From assembly GCA_943350765.1 (NCBI GenBank), contig CALRAJ010000004.1, positions 19,309 to 83,308 on the forward strand: a stretch of DNA of 64,000 bases, read 5' to 3'. Made by a program: the position numbers and the translations under genes. The notes under the pieces were generated by a model. The model was not told the DNA's origin, ran no database searches, and saw only the letters and a program-made list of their open reading frames with translations. The DNA comes from Candidatus Tayloriibacteriota bacterium (GTDB lineage Bacteria > Patescibacteriota > Minisyncoccia > Phycocordibacterales > PALSA-1337). This document shows, in pieces, positions 19,414 through 28,459 of this stretch (the first letter of the stretch is position 1; the number at the start of each line of letters is the position of its first letter).

Positions 19414-20577
19414 ATGTTTGATTTAAAAGTAATCAACTCAGTACTAGCCCAGATGGAAGAAGAGCGAGGTATTCCAAAAGAAAAAACCCTTGAAGCTATT
19501 AAACTAGCCCTCGCTACTGCATACAAAAAAGAATATGGTAAAAAAGGTCAGATAGTGAGAGCTGATTTTGACCTAAATACTGGTAAAACTGAGTTTTACC
19601 AGGTGAAAATCGTCGTAGATGAGTCAAAAGTCATTATGGAAGACGAGGCAGAAGATAATCTAGAAAATGTTGACATGGAAAATGTCCGTGTTCGATTTAA
19701 TCCCGAACATCACATCCTCCTTGCTGATGCAAAGAAGATTAAAAAAGGTGTCGCACTAGATGATGAAATGATTTTTCCCCTTGAACACAAAGACGACTAT
19801 GGTCGCATTGCTGCCCAGACTGCAAAGCAAATTATTATTCAAAAAATTCGAGAAGCCGAAAAGACCTCTGTGCTTGGCGAATATGGTAAACGAGAGGGTG
19901 AAATAGTAAATGGAACTGTCCAAAGAATGGAACGAGGTAATATCTTCATAGACATGGGGCGTACCACAGGTATTCTACCTTTCGAAGAGCAGATTCCAGG
20001 CGAAAGATATAAGCAGGGTGAGCGTGTTCGTGGATATCTTCAAATGGTAGAAGATGGTCAAAGAGGTGTACTTCTACGCATTTCTCGTGCCCACCCAAAG
20101 TTTTTAGCAAAACTTTTTGAAATTGAAGCTCCAGAAATCGCTTCGGGTACCGTGGCTATCAAGGCTATTGCTCGTGAAGCGGGGTCTCGTTCAAAAATAG
20201 CAGTGGCCTCAAATGATCCTCATATCGATCCCATCGGCTCAATGGTGGGACAGCGAGGAGTACGAGTATCCACAGTGATGAGCGAGCTTCATGGCGAGAA
20301 AATTGATATCATAGAATGGTCAGAGAAGCCAGAGAAGTTTATCGAGGACGCACTTTCACCTGCAAAAGTTTTATCAGTAAAACTTGATATAGCTAGCGGT
20401 AAGGCCAATGTAGAGGTAGCCCCAGATCAACAGTCTCTCGCAATAGGTAAAGGTGGGCAAAATGTCCGTCTAGCTGCAAAGCTCACTGGCTGGAAGATAG
20501 ATATTCAATCTGAGCCGGTAAAGATAGTGACAGTAGAAGCAGTGGCGGAAGTTGCACCTGAAATAAAAGCGGAGTAA
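19414..20577 (+). CDS. nusA: Transcription termination/antitermination factor NusA
   Basis: GRIAAQTAKQ, AREAGSRSKIAV, EKIDII, SLAIGKGGQNVRLA. Confidence 0.97.
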   Translation: MFDLKVINSVLAQMEEERGIPKEKTLEAIKLALATAYKKEYGKKGQIVRADFDLNTGKTEFYQVKIVVDESKVIMEDEAEDNLENVDMENVRVRFNPEHHILLADAKKIKKGVALDDEMIFPLEHKDDYGRIAAQTAKQIIIQKIREAEKTSVLGEYGKREGEIVNGTVQRMERGNIFIDMGRTTGILPFEEQIPGERYKQGERVRGYLQMVEDGQRGVLLRISRAHPKFLAKLFEIEAPEIASGTVAIKAIAREAGSRSKIAVASNDPHIDPIGSMVGQRGVRVSTVMSELHGEKIDIIEWSEKPEKFIEDALSPAKVLSVKLDIASGKANVEVAPDQQSLAIGKGGQNVRLAAKLTGWKIDIQSEPVKIVTVEAVAEVAPEIKAE

Positions 20578-20697
20578 GAAATTCGTCGAAGGTGTATCTT
20601 TTTCCGAGACTTCGGAAGCGGGTAGTTGAGACGGAGAGATTTCCTACCAAAGAAATACTCGTGCTCGGAAAAAGATATGCCGAGAAAGAATTTCTTA
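20575..20697 (+). repeat. Structured repeat family B, copy 2 (short outer stem, begins at the nusA stop)
   Basis: ggtgtatctttttccgag/ctcggaaaaagatatgcc compensatory variant. Confidence 0.82.
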
Positions 20698-20727
20698 TTT
20701 CTATCAAAAACATAACCAAAAAAACCC

Positions 20728-21276
20728 ATGCATTTTTTACACGACATCGCTCCAGGAACAGCTCAAAAGATCAATGTGATTATTGAGATTCCAAAAGGTT
20801 CAAAAAATAAATACGAAATCGACAAGGCGACTGGGATCATCGCTCTCGACCGAGTCGGACACACCAGCCAAGACTTCCCTTTTGACTACGGCTTTATTCC
20901 TCAGACACTTTGGGACGATGGCGACGCAATGGATGTAGTCGTACTTACCACCTACCCACTTTTTCCGGGAGTACTCGTGCGAGTGCGTCCAGTAGCTATT
21001 ATGAGCATGATAGACAGCGGTGATGCTGATGACAAGATCATTGCCGTGCCAGTAGACGATCCACGCTGGAATGATGTGGTCGATCTAGAAGACCTCAATC
21101 CGCACACCTTGCGAGAAATAGAGCATTTCTACTCAACCTATAAAAAACTTCAGAATAAAGAGGTGGTGATCAACGATTTCAAAGGCAAAGCAGCTGCTGA
21201 AGCAGCCTTTGCACGAGGTATCAAGTTTTATCAGGATGATATGAAGAAAAAAGGCAAGAAGGCTAAAACAAATTAG
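20728..21276 (+). CDS. ppa: Inorganic pyrophosphatase (family I)
   Basis: EIPKGSKNKYE, YGFIPQT..DDGDAMD, DDKIIAV. Confidence 0.96.
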   Translation: MHFLHDIAPGTAQKINVIIEIPKGSKNKYEIDKATGIIALDRVGHTSQDFPFDYGFIPQTLWDDGDAMDVVVLTTYPLFPGVLVRVRPVAIMSMIDSGDADDKIIAVPVDDPRWNDVVDLEDLNPHTLREIEHFYSTYKKLQNKEVVINDFKGKAAAEAAFARGIKFYQDDMKKKGKKAKTN

Positions 21277-21370
21277 TAAATTTGTTCGCCCTAGGGCGAT
21301 GGGTAGACCCGGGCTAGCCCAAACATTTTAGTAAAAATGTTTTAGGAGGAAGAAGAAGTAGCTAAACTCT

Positions 21371-21411
21371 AAAAACACCCCCGCGCCGAGTACGGCGCGG
21401 GGGTGTTTTTA
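21371..21411. terminator. Bidirectional intrinsic terminator
   Basis: aaaaacacccccgcgccg-agta-cggcgcgggggtgttttt. Confidence 0.8.
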
Positions 21412-21418
21412 TTTCTCA

Positions 21419-21694
21419 CTAAGCCTGTTGCTTATCCCAAAACTCTCGAAAACGCCCATCTCGCTCATACAACTCGTGAAATGTACCTGTTTCCAGTATT
21501 TTGCCCTCTTGTATCACAATAATCCTATTCATTTCTTTGATAGTCGAAAGTCGATGTGCGATAACCACAGCTGTCACATCTTTGAAAAAATGTGTGAGGG
21601 AATCCTGTATCTTTTGCTCAGATTCTACATCGAGGTGCGAGGTAGCTTCGTCTAGGAAAAGAATTTCTGGATTTTTAAACACTGCACGAATAAG
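21419..21694 (-). pseudogene. C-terminal remnant of an ABC exporter ATPase domain
   Basis: PEILFLDEATSHLD (Walker B/D-loop) and IAHRLSTI (H-loop) present; no Walker A, signature motif or TMD before rsmE. Confidence 0.8.
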
Positions 21695-21821
21695 GTATTC
21701 CCCACCGACGAGCACGCTGTAAGGTACCATTTTCATTAGATACCTTTCCTGTCCTAAGCACACACAAAACGCCTGCTAGTCTGGAATTTCAGGCAAAATG
21801 TAACGCAAAACATTTCACAAC

Positions 21822-22529
21822 TTACAAAAGCAACAAACTCGCTATCGCCACCCCCGCCGTCTCAGCACGGAGAGTTTGTTTGCCCAGTGAGTAAATAGGG
21901 ATATTTTTGGATTTGAAAAGCTCAATCTCTTTTTCACTAAAACCTCCTTCGGGTCCAATGAGGACGCCCAAAGGATTTTTGCCCACCATCACAACAGACT
22001 TTTCAAAAGTTATTCCCTCGACATGAAACACTATCAGATTTTCTAAAATGGAATCTTTTTGTTCCAAAATATCGTTAAGTGAAACAGGTTCACAGACCTC
22101 AGGCACACTCGCCCAGCCAGACTGCTCAGTCGCCTCCACTACTATTTTCCTCGCCCTCTCCATATTCAAATCCTTTTTTTCGCTTCTTTCAGAAACAATC
22201 GGCACAAAACGATTCACCCCGAGCTCCGTCCCCTTTTGCAATACCCATTCAAAGTTGTCTTTTTTAATAAGCGAGAGATACATGGTGACTTTTTGCGCGG
22301 GAGATGAGAGTCCTTCCCACCTTTCCTTGACCAAAAACTCAGCTACCTTTTTTGTCAGCAAGGTGATTTCGCACAAGGTTTCACCTCCAGTTCCATCAAA
22401 CAAAATCACCGTATCACCAGCCTTAAACCGAAAAACCTTGCTCATTTGGTGCAATAACTCAGGGTTGGTGAGAGAAATCTGCTCTTTTCCGCCTATTTTC
22501 TCATCTACAAAGAATCTGTGTGTTTTCAT
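21822..22529 (-). CDS. rsmE: 16S rRNA m3U1498 methyltransferase
   Basis: QKGTELGV, EATEQSG, IGPEGGFS, LGKQTLRAETA. Confidence 0.95.
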   Translation of the reverse strand: MKTHRFFVDEKIGGKEQISLTNPELLHQMSKVFRFKAGDTVILFDGTGGETLCEITLLTKKVAEFLVKERWEGLSSPAQKVTMYLSLIKKDNFEWVLQKGTELGVNRFVPIVSERSEKKDLNMERARKIVVEATEQSGWASVPEVCEPVSLNDILEQKDSILENLIVFHVEGITFEKSVVMVGKNPLGVLIGPEGGFSEKEIELFKSKNIPIYSLGKQTLRAETAGVAIASLLLL

Positions 22530-22625
22530 AAAATACAGTATACCTGTTTTTTACAAAAAGTCTGTTACTTTGCATCCCGTGAAAATATGGTATAGTATGA
22601 ATCCTAATCAGTAATCAAAACACCC

Positions 22626-23201
22626 ATGTCATATCTCATCCCCACAGTTATAGAAAAATCACCCTTTGGCGAACGAGCCTATGATATTTACTCTAGACTA
22701 CTTCGTGATGGTATTATTTTTCTTGGTGGACCGATCGATGACGGCGTAGCTAACACAGTCATTGCCCAGATGCTTTTCCTTCAGTCTGAAGATCCAAAAA
22801 AGGAGATTAGTCTGTATGTAAACTCTCCAGGAGGCTCAGTAACAGCTACACTTGCAATCATCGACACCATGAATTTTGTGAAAAACGATGTAGCGACCTA
22901 CTGCGTAGGTCTCGCTGCTTCTGGTGGTGCCATGGTGCTTTCTGCTGGCAAAAAAGGTAAAAGATATATCCTCCAAAATGCCGAGGTGATGATACACCAG
23001 CCACTTGGTGGTGCAGAGGGTCAAGCGACTGATATTGCCATCAGTGCAAAGCATATTTTGAGAACTCGAGAGAATCTAGCCAAAATGCTCGCTAAAAACT
23101 GTGATCAGACTGTGGCACAAATCGAAAAAGACATCGAACGAGACTTCTATATGTCTGCGGAGGAAGCAAAAAAATACGGAATTGTAGATAAAATTTTGTA
23201 A
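22626..23201 (+). CDS. clpP: ATP-dependent Clp protease proteolytic subunit
   Basis: [31 protein letters not shown]. Confidence 0.97.
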   Translation: MSYLIPTVIEKSPFGERAYDIYSRLLRDGIIFLGGPIDDGVANTVIAQMLFLQSEDPKKEISLYVNSPGGSVTATLAIIDTMNFVKNDVATYCVGLAASGGAMVLSAGKKGKRYILQNAEVMIHQPLGGAEGQATDIAISAKHILRTRENLAKMLAKNCDQTVAQIEKDIERDFYMSAEEAKKYGIVDKIL

Positions 23202-23256
23202 AATTGGACAAATACTAGTAAATACTATACTATATCTTTATTACTGGTATTAATTT

Positions 23257-23378
23257 GGTTCCGCCTTTTACCTTATCGGGCATAATAACAATGGTACAAT
23301 TACAAGAAAAAATGATACAAACCCAGAAAACATCTCGTATTTTATGCCGTTTTTAGCACTTTAAACAGAAGGCGGACT
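23257..23378 (+). ncRNA. Putative structured RNA (6S-like or leader) upstream of rny
   Basis: Closing stem tccgcctt/aaggcgga, bubble, inner stem ggcataa/ttatgcc. Confidence 0.3.
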
Positions 23379-23386
23379 ATCCGCAT

Positions 23387-24916
23387 ATGTCATTACAAAT
23401 CATCGTACTTATCATAAGCCTCGTAGGTCTTTTGGGTATTGCTCTTGGATATTATCTTCGACTTATAATTTCTTTGGGTAAAAGAGGTTCAATGGAATTA
23501 GAGATCAAAGAGATGCTCCTTGGGGCAAAGGAACAAGCAAAAAAGGTAACTACTGAGGCAGAAACAAAAGCTATCGAGACCATTCAAGAAGCTAGAAAAG
23601 AAGCTCGTGAAAAAGAAGAAAAACTCAAGCAAACAGAAATCCGCCTTATTAAAAAGGAGGACTTGCTCGATGGTCGCCAGTCAGATATAGACAAGGAAGT
23701 CGAGAACATCAAAGCTAAAATTATTGAGGTCAAGGACATTCGGGACAAAGCGGAAAGGCTTCATGCCGAAAAGAGGCTTGAGCTAGAGCGGACAGCTCGT
23801 ATGAGCGAAGTAGAGGCGAAACAAGAGCTGATCAAAACCATTGAAAAGCAGAACGAGGAAGACATACTCGTCCGTATGCAGAAGCTTGAAATGGCTGGGA
23901 CTGAAGCCTTAGAAAAAAAGGCTCAAAGTATTTTAGCTATTTCCATTCAACGAATGGCAAACTCTGTGGCAGGAGAAATGATGTCTACAAATGTCCCCAT
24001 AGTGAGTGATGACATAAAAGGTAAAATCATCGGAAAAGAAGGAAGAAATATCAAAGCTTTTGAAAGAATCACTGGCGTAGAGGTCATTGTCGACGACACC
24101 CCAGGAGCCATCACAATTTCGTCATTTGACCCTGTACGAAGGCAGGTGGCAAAGACCGCCCTCGAGGAACTCATCAAAGACGGTCGTATTCAACCTGCAA
24201 AAATAGAAAAAGTGGTAGAGGAAGCCCAGCAAAATATCAATAAAATAATCAAGGAAAAAGGTGAGCAGGCAGTCTACGAATGTGGGGTTATTGGTCTTGA
24301 TCCACGAATCATAGCTATCCTTGGACGCCTTCACTACCGTACAAGCTATGGTCAAAATGTACTACAACATTCCATAGAGATGTCACATATTGCTGGCATG
24401 ATAGCAAGCGAGCTAAAAGCCAATGTTTCCGTAGCAAAAGCAGGTGCCCTACTCCACGATCTTGGCAAAGCGGTGGATCACGAAGTCGCAGGTACTCATG
24501 TAGAAATCGGTCGTCGTATCTTGCAAAAGTTTGGAGCTAGTGAAGATATTATAAAGGCTATGCAGGCACATCACGAGGAATATCCTTATGAAACAGTCGA
24601 ATCTATTATTGTACAGTGTGCAGATGCTATTTCTGGTTCTCGTCCAGGGGCACGACAGGATAGCATTGAAAACTACCTGAAGCGTCTTGGTGACCTAGAA
24701 GCGATTGCCAATTCATTCAAGGGTGTTGAAAAGTCATACGCCTTACAAGCAGGTCGTGAGATCCGTATTTTTGTAAATCCTGAACAAATGACTGATCTAG
24801 AAGCAAAAACTCTGGCTCGAGATATTGCGATTAAAGTAGAAAAGGACTTGAAATACCCAGGTGAGATCAAGGTAAATGTAATCCGCGAGCTGAGAGCGAT
24901 AGAGTTTGCGAGGTAG
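23387..24916 (+). CDS. rny: Ribonuclease Y
   Basis: N-terminal TM, coiled coil, KH (KGKIIGKEGRNI), HD (LLHDLGK). Confidence 0.97.
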   Translation: MSLQIIVLIISLVGLLGIALGYYLRLIISLGKRGSMELEIKEMLLGAKEQAKKVTTEAETKAIETIQEARKEAREKEEKLKQTEIRLIKKEDLLDGRQSDIDKEVENIKAKIIEVKDIRDKAERLHAEKRLELERTARMSEVEAKQELIKTIEKQNEEDILVRMQKLEMAGTEALEKKAQSILAISIQRMANSVAGEMMSTNVPIVSDDIKGKIIGKEGRNIKAFERITGVEVIVDDTPGAITISSFDPVRRQVAKTALEELIKDGRIQPAKIEKVVEEAQQNINKIIKEKGEQAVYECGVIGLDPRIIAILGRLHYRTSYGQNVLQHSIEMSHIAGMIASELKANVSVAKAGALLHDLGKAVDHEVAGTHVEIGRRILQKFGASEDIIKAMQAHHEEYPYETVESIIVQCADAISGSRPGARQDSIENYLKRLGDLEAIANSFKGVEKSYALQAGREIRIFVNPEQMTDLEAKTLARDIAIKVEKDLKYPGEIKVNVIRELRAIEFAR

Positions 24917-24942
24917 AAACTGGCTAGAAAACATAGACAAGA

Positions 24943-25176
24943 ATAACATCCCCGAATTTTCTACCGAAAATTCGGGGATGTTATTTTTAAATACCTGGAC
25001 ATTCGCTTTGGTGGGCTCAGAATACAAAAACCATAAGGTTGCTTCGCTATTTTGGCCGATACCGAGGGGGATACCTCGGTACACACGATTTATATAGTCG
25101 CTCCGCTCCTTATAAATCGGTGCTTGCACTTCGCCTTGGTAGGCTCAGCACGGTCGGCACCGATATGCCTCCTTGC
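24943..25176. repeat. Cluster of hairpins and REP-like units (terminator plus two family D copies)
   Basis: aacatccccgaattttc-tacc-gaaaattcggggatgtt; cattcgctttggtgggctcag; cacttcgccttggtaggctcag. Confidence 0.7.
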
Positions 25177-25323
25177 ATAAAAAATGGCTTATTATATAAT
25201 GGTCACAGAGGTTAGATTTCTGTATGGAGGTATCTACACAGAAAGTTTTATAATAAATACACATAGGTCGATGTTTTTGTTTTCTATAATTTATTAGAAT
25301 TAGACAAGTAACTTTTTTACAAT

Positions 25324-25596
25324 ATGAATAAACAAGCAATTGTTGACGCAGTACACGCAATACTCGGTGGCACCAAAGTACAGGCTGAGCAGGCTGTAGA
25401 CACCGTAGTAGACTCAATCATCAATACCCTAAAGAAAGGTGAGGAAGTATCTATCGCAGGGGTAGGTATATTTTCAGTAAAGCAGAGAGCTGCTCGAGAC
25501 GCTCGCAACCCTCGCACAGGTGAAACCATCAAGGTTCCTGCGATGAAAGTACCGAAGTTTAGAGCTGCTAAAGCGTTGAAGGAAGCGGTGAAGTAG
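25324..25596 (+). CDS. hup: DNA-binding protein HU
   Basis: MNKQAIV...GIFSVKQRAARDARNPRTGETIKVPA..VPKFRAAKALK. Confidence 0.96.
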   Translation: MNKQAIVDAVHAILGGTKVQAEQAVDTVVDSIINTLKKGEEVSIAGVGIFSVKQRAARDARNPRTGETIKVPAMKVPKFRAAKALKEAVK

Positions 25597-25640
25597 CATT
25601 TTATCGTCTTTTATTGGCCAAACTTACCGCTTTTGTGATC

Positions 25641-26429
25641 TTAGTTTGTACCCGTCTCACGACTCCACTTGGTATATAGTGCTTCGTTATCTTTATAATA
25701 TCCAGCCTTAAACTCTGGTGAATGTTTAAATATCTCAATCTCCTTGAAACCAACCTCGTCAGAAAGTAACGCATCCACTGACCGCTGAGCAACTTCATCC
25801 GGAGTTAGCCAATAGGTGAGATCGGCAAAAGGTCGCACCTTGAGCGCAGACTTCGTGACAGTAGAGCTCACATTAATAGAGAGCCCACTTACCCAATTCG
25901 GATAGAGGCCAACAGCCGACTGAATATACTGTCGACAGAGATTTTTTGCCTCACAGAAGCCCTCGATTACAAAGGGAGCATACTTATCAGGAATACCTCC
26001 AAGTAGAGCAACTTTTAGCTGAACAATCTTCCCCGACTCACAAACAGCATGTAGTATATTTATCAGATAACGCAGTGGGGATTTAAAGGTATTCACATTA
26101 GTATCGTATATATCCGGGTCAATAGTCTTCATCTTTTGGATAGTCGGGTATCCTCGGGGATCGTACTTGTCTACTCCGATTGTGTGTAGAAAGATCACCC
26201 TGTCATACTGGGCAAAATTAATAGACTTAAATGAACCCTCGATCGATCGCGCATCAGAAAGGTCACATCGCACTATTTGTATACATGGCGAGGTCAGAAG
26301 TAATGGAGTATTTCTAAGCACTGCAACAGTCTCTATCTGTTTCTCTGCAAGGACACTACAAAATTGCGTTCCTATTTCCCCTGCCGCCCCAGCAACAATT
26401 ACTATGGTTTTTATTTGTTTTATATTCAT
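25641..26429 (-). CDS. Atypical SDR/Rossmann-fold oxidoreductase
   Basis: VAGAAGEIG dinucleotide-binding motif; CDLSD; FCEAK in place of YxxxK. Confidence 0.65.
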   Translation of the reverse strand: MNIKQIKTIVIVAGAAGEIGTQFCSVLAEKQIETVAVLRNTPLLLTSPCIQIVRCDLSDARSIEGSFKSINFAQYDRVIFLHTIGVDKYDPRGYPTIQKMKTIDPDIYDTNVNTFKSPLRYLINILHAVCESGKIVQLKVALLGGIPDKYAPFVIEGFCEAKNLCRQYIQSAVGLYPNWVSGLSINVSSTVTKSALKVRPFADLTYWLTPDEVAQRSVDALLSDEVGFKEIEIFKHSPEFKAGYYKDNEALYTKWSRETGTN

Positions 26430-26484
26430 ACAATAGAAGTCTACCAGCTCTAGTTGACAATATCTAATAAAACTGTCTTTATAT

Positions 26485-26515
26485 GTAGAAAGTAAACTGT
26501 TAGTTTACTTTCTAC
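26485..26515. promoter_or_regulatory. Perfect 14-bp inverted repeat, operator candidate
   Basis: gtagaaagtaaact-gtt-agtttactttctac between divergent SDR and wHTH genes. Confidence 0.55.
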
Positions 26516-26542
26516 TATTAAAAAGCTATACTAGCCTTATAT

Positions 26543-27379
26543 ATGAGTCTTCTAAAACCAAGTACTCTCGAAGAAGTGGTGGTCAAGTTTTTATCGGAGG
26601 GCGAGAAATCCACAGCCACTCTACTTACAAAAATCAGAGAATCGGGCAGAGACATTACGAAACAAGGTTTCTATAAAGCTCTGCGGAAGTTAAAGGGCGA
26701 GGAGATCATTCTCGTATATCGAAAAATTGTTTCACTGGACACCGTTTGGATAAAGAAAATGGGTGATCTGTTTGAAGAAATCACCAAAGCACATGCACTC
26801 AGGCGAGATTCCTTCGATATCGTTGGACTTGACGACAGAGAAAGCATGACCTACTTATTTTCGAATGCAAAAAACCTGGATACTTTTTGGGGTTACATAC
26901 AGAGCATCCTCATACACAAAATAGAGCCGTGTGAGCCGATTTTTTCATACGACCCCCATTATTGGTTTTATATTGCCCGAAAAGAACGTGAACAGGAGCT
27001 ACTGAAAGAGATGGTCGAGCATAAACGCCAGTTTCTCATGACTGTCGGAGGTACTACCCCGCTCGACAAAGTCGTACGACAGGATTTCAACAACGACTAC
27101 CTTCAGTACAATTACAAAAAGATGTTTGACGCGCCTAATTATTACATTACCCTGCTCAGCGACTACATTATTGAAGTTACACTCGACATTTCTGTCTCGA
27201 CAGAGATAGAAAATATATATCAAAATGAAAAAGTGATTACTGCCGAAATCATTAATAGTTTAGACAAGCTTCTTTTATCTAAGGGCAGAAACAAAATAAA
27301 AATCTCAAGAAACAGAAAGAGAGCAGTTCTACTCCGCAAAAAATTCCAAAAGGATTTTTATAAACTGAGGGAAAAATAG
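26543..27379 (+). CDS. Winged-HTH domain protein (putative regulator)
   Basis: N-terminal ITKQGFYKALRKL helix pattern. Confidence 0.6.
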   Translation: MSLLKPSTLEEVVVKFLSEGEKSTATLLTKIRESGRDITKQGFYKALRKLKGEEIILVYRKIVSLDTVWIKKMGDLFEEITKAHALRRDSFDIVGLDDRESMTYLFSNAKNLDTFWGYIQSILIHKIEPCEPIFSYDPHYWFYIARKEREQELLKEMVEHKRQFLMTVGGTTPLDKVVRQDFNNDYLQYNYKKMFDAPNYYITLLSDYIIEVTLDISVSTEIENIYQNEKVITAEIINSLDKLLLSKGRNKIKISRNRKRAVLLRKKFQKDFYKLREK

Positions 27380-27609
27380 CAGGCGGGAGACGCTTCGCTA
27401 TCTCACTCGCCCTCCGTTTGTCGAGCCCCTTAGAAACCTCGTCTACAGATGCACATCATCTACCGATGTGCCGAGGTTTCTAACACTCGAGTACTCGTTG
27501 TTTTCCTCCACGGGAAAACGCCTGTTTTCCCGACCCCTTTCCGGTTCGATTCTCCCTACCCACAAAAAATAAGAAAACCTCAGGTAAACTGAGGTTTTCT
27601 TATTTTTTG
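27378..27609 (-). repeat. tRNA-Gly(TCC) 3' trailer element
   Basis: Homologous to 31461-31658; inverted copy of the tRNA 3' end at ~27543-27563. Confidence 0.8.
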
Positions 27610-27680
27610 TGCGGGACGGGAGAATCGAACTCCCACCAAGAGTTTGGAAAACTCCTATTCTACCATTAAACTAGTCCCGC
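27610..27680 (-). tRNA. tRNA-Gly (anticodon TCC), CCA not encoded
   Basis: GCGGGAC..GGAGT-TTTCCAA-ACTCT..GTTCGATTC..GTCCCGC-A cloverleaf. Confidence 0.93.
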
Positions 27681-27741
27681 CTACGCTTTTGCTCTGGCGG
27701 GGTAAAGCCCGCAAGACCTAATACCCACACATACTATCAAA

Positions 27742-27775
27742 CAAAACACTCCCTCGCAATGGAGGGAGTGTTTTG
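27742..27775 (-). terminator. Intrinsic terminator after the Cys-rich micro-ORF
   Basis: caaaacactccctc-gcaatg-gagggagtgttttg. Confidence 0.7.
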
Positions 27776-27782
27776 AGCTAGA

Positions 27783-27842
27783 CTACTTTGCTTTTGAGCA
27801 AGTGCAAGCATTTGGAGCACACTTTGTACATGGAACTGCCAT
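27783..27842 (-). CDS. Putative 19-aa Cys-rich (metallothionein-like) micropeptide MAVPCTKCAPNACTCSKAK
   Basis: ATG..TAG with CxxC-x4-CxC, AT-rich start context, upstream TATAAT, immediate terminator. Confidence 0.55.
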   Translation of the reverse strand: MAVPCTKCAPNACTCSKAK

Positions 27843-28021
27843 ATTTTTTAAATCTCAGCTCTTTATCAAGCCGAAACAAATTAGGCTAATAAATGAAATT
27901 CGGGTTATTTAAACAATGCGCATTGCTCAAATAACAGCCTAAATTATACACCTAAATAACTCCAAAAATACAATAAAACAATACGTTGACGATATGTCAA
28001 TACCAGTATGAAGTCGTGGCT

Positions 28022-28336
28022 CTACTTCCTTTGAGAGTTGGCACGAGAGGACACCAGGAGCACTTTGTCAAAATCATCGTCCTTGACGACTTTATTTCGC
28101 TTTTTGAAACCGCAAACAACACATTCTTGCACCAAAACATAGTCCCCTGCCTTATTTTCCACCTCCACAGGTTTCATTAGTCCCCCACAGGTGGCTTTTC
28201 GGTCCCCGGGGTGAATATCCACATGTTTGCTGTAGAGACATTTCGGGCAATGATTGGTATAGCCATTCCCCACCACCTCATATTTGCAGTGTTCGCAGGT
28301 AAAATTTTCAATTGTGCGGGTGAATTGTTTAGACAT
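28022..28336 (-). CDS. RNHCP-domain Zn-binding protein
   Basis: FTCEHC...TNHCPKCLYSKHVD..PGDR..CGGLM...CVVCG. Confidence 0.9.
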   Translation of the reverse strand: MSKQFTRTIENFTCEHCKYEVVGNGYTNHCPKCLYSKHVDIHPGDRKATCGGLMKPVEVENKAGDYVLVQECVVCGFKKRNKVVKDDDFDKVLLVSSRANSQRK

Positions 28337-28459
28337 AAGGTTTAGATTAGTATGAATGTAAAACAAAGTCAAAGTCGTGTTATGAGGACTTTTTAAAATT
28401 AAAAAACCCCGAGATCAATCTCGAGGCTTGTGTTAACTTTCTAAACCCGATTATCTTTT

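Noticed and set aside
21282-21360. SRP RNA
   Set aside because: No SRP domain IV motif (CAGG..GAAG..AGCA around a GNRA loop) is visible.
27378-27560. Additional intact or intron-containing tRNAs in the trailers
   Set aside because: Only T-arm/acceptor fragments are present; no D or anticodon arms, and the adjacent tRNAs are already complete.
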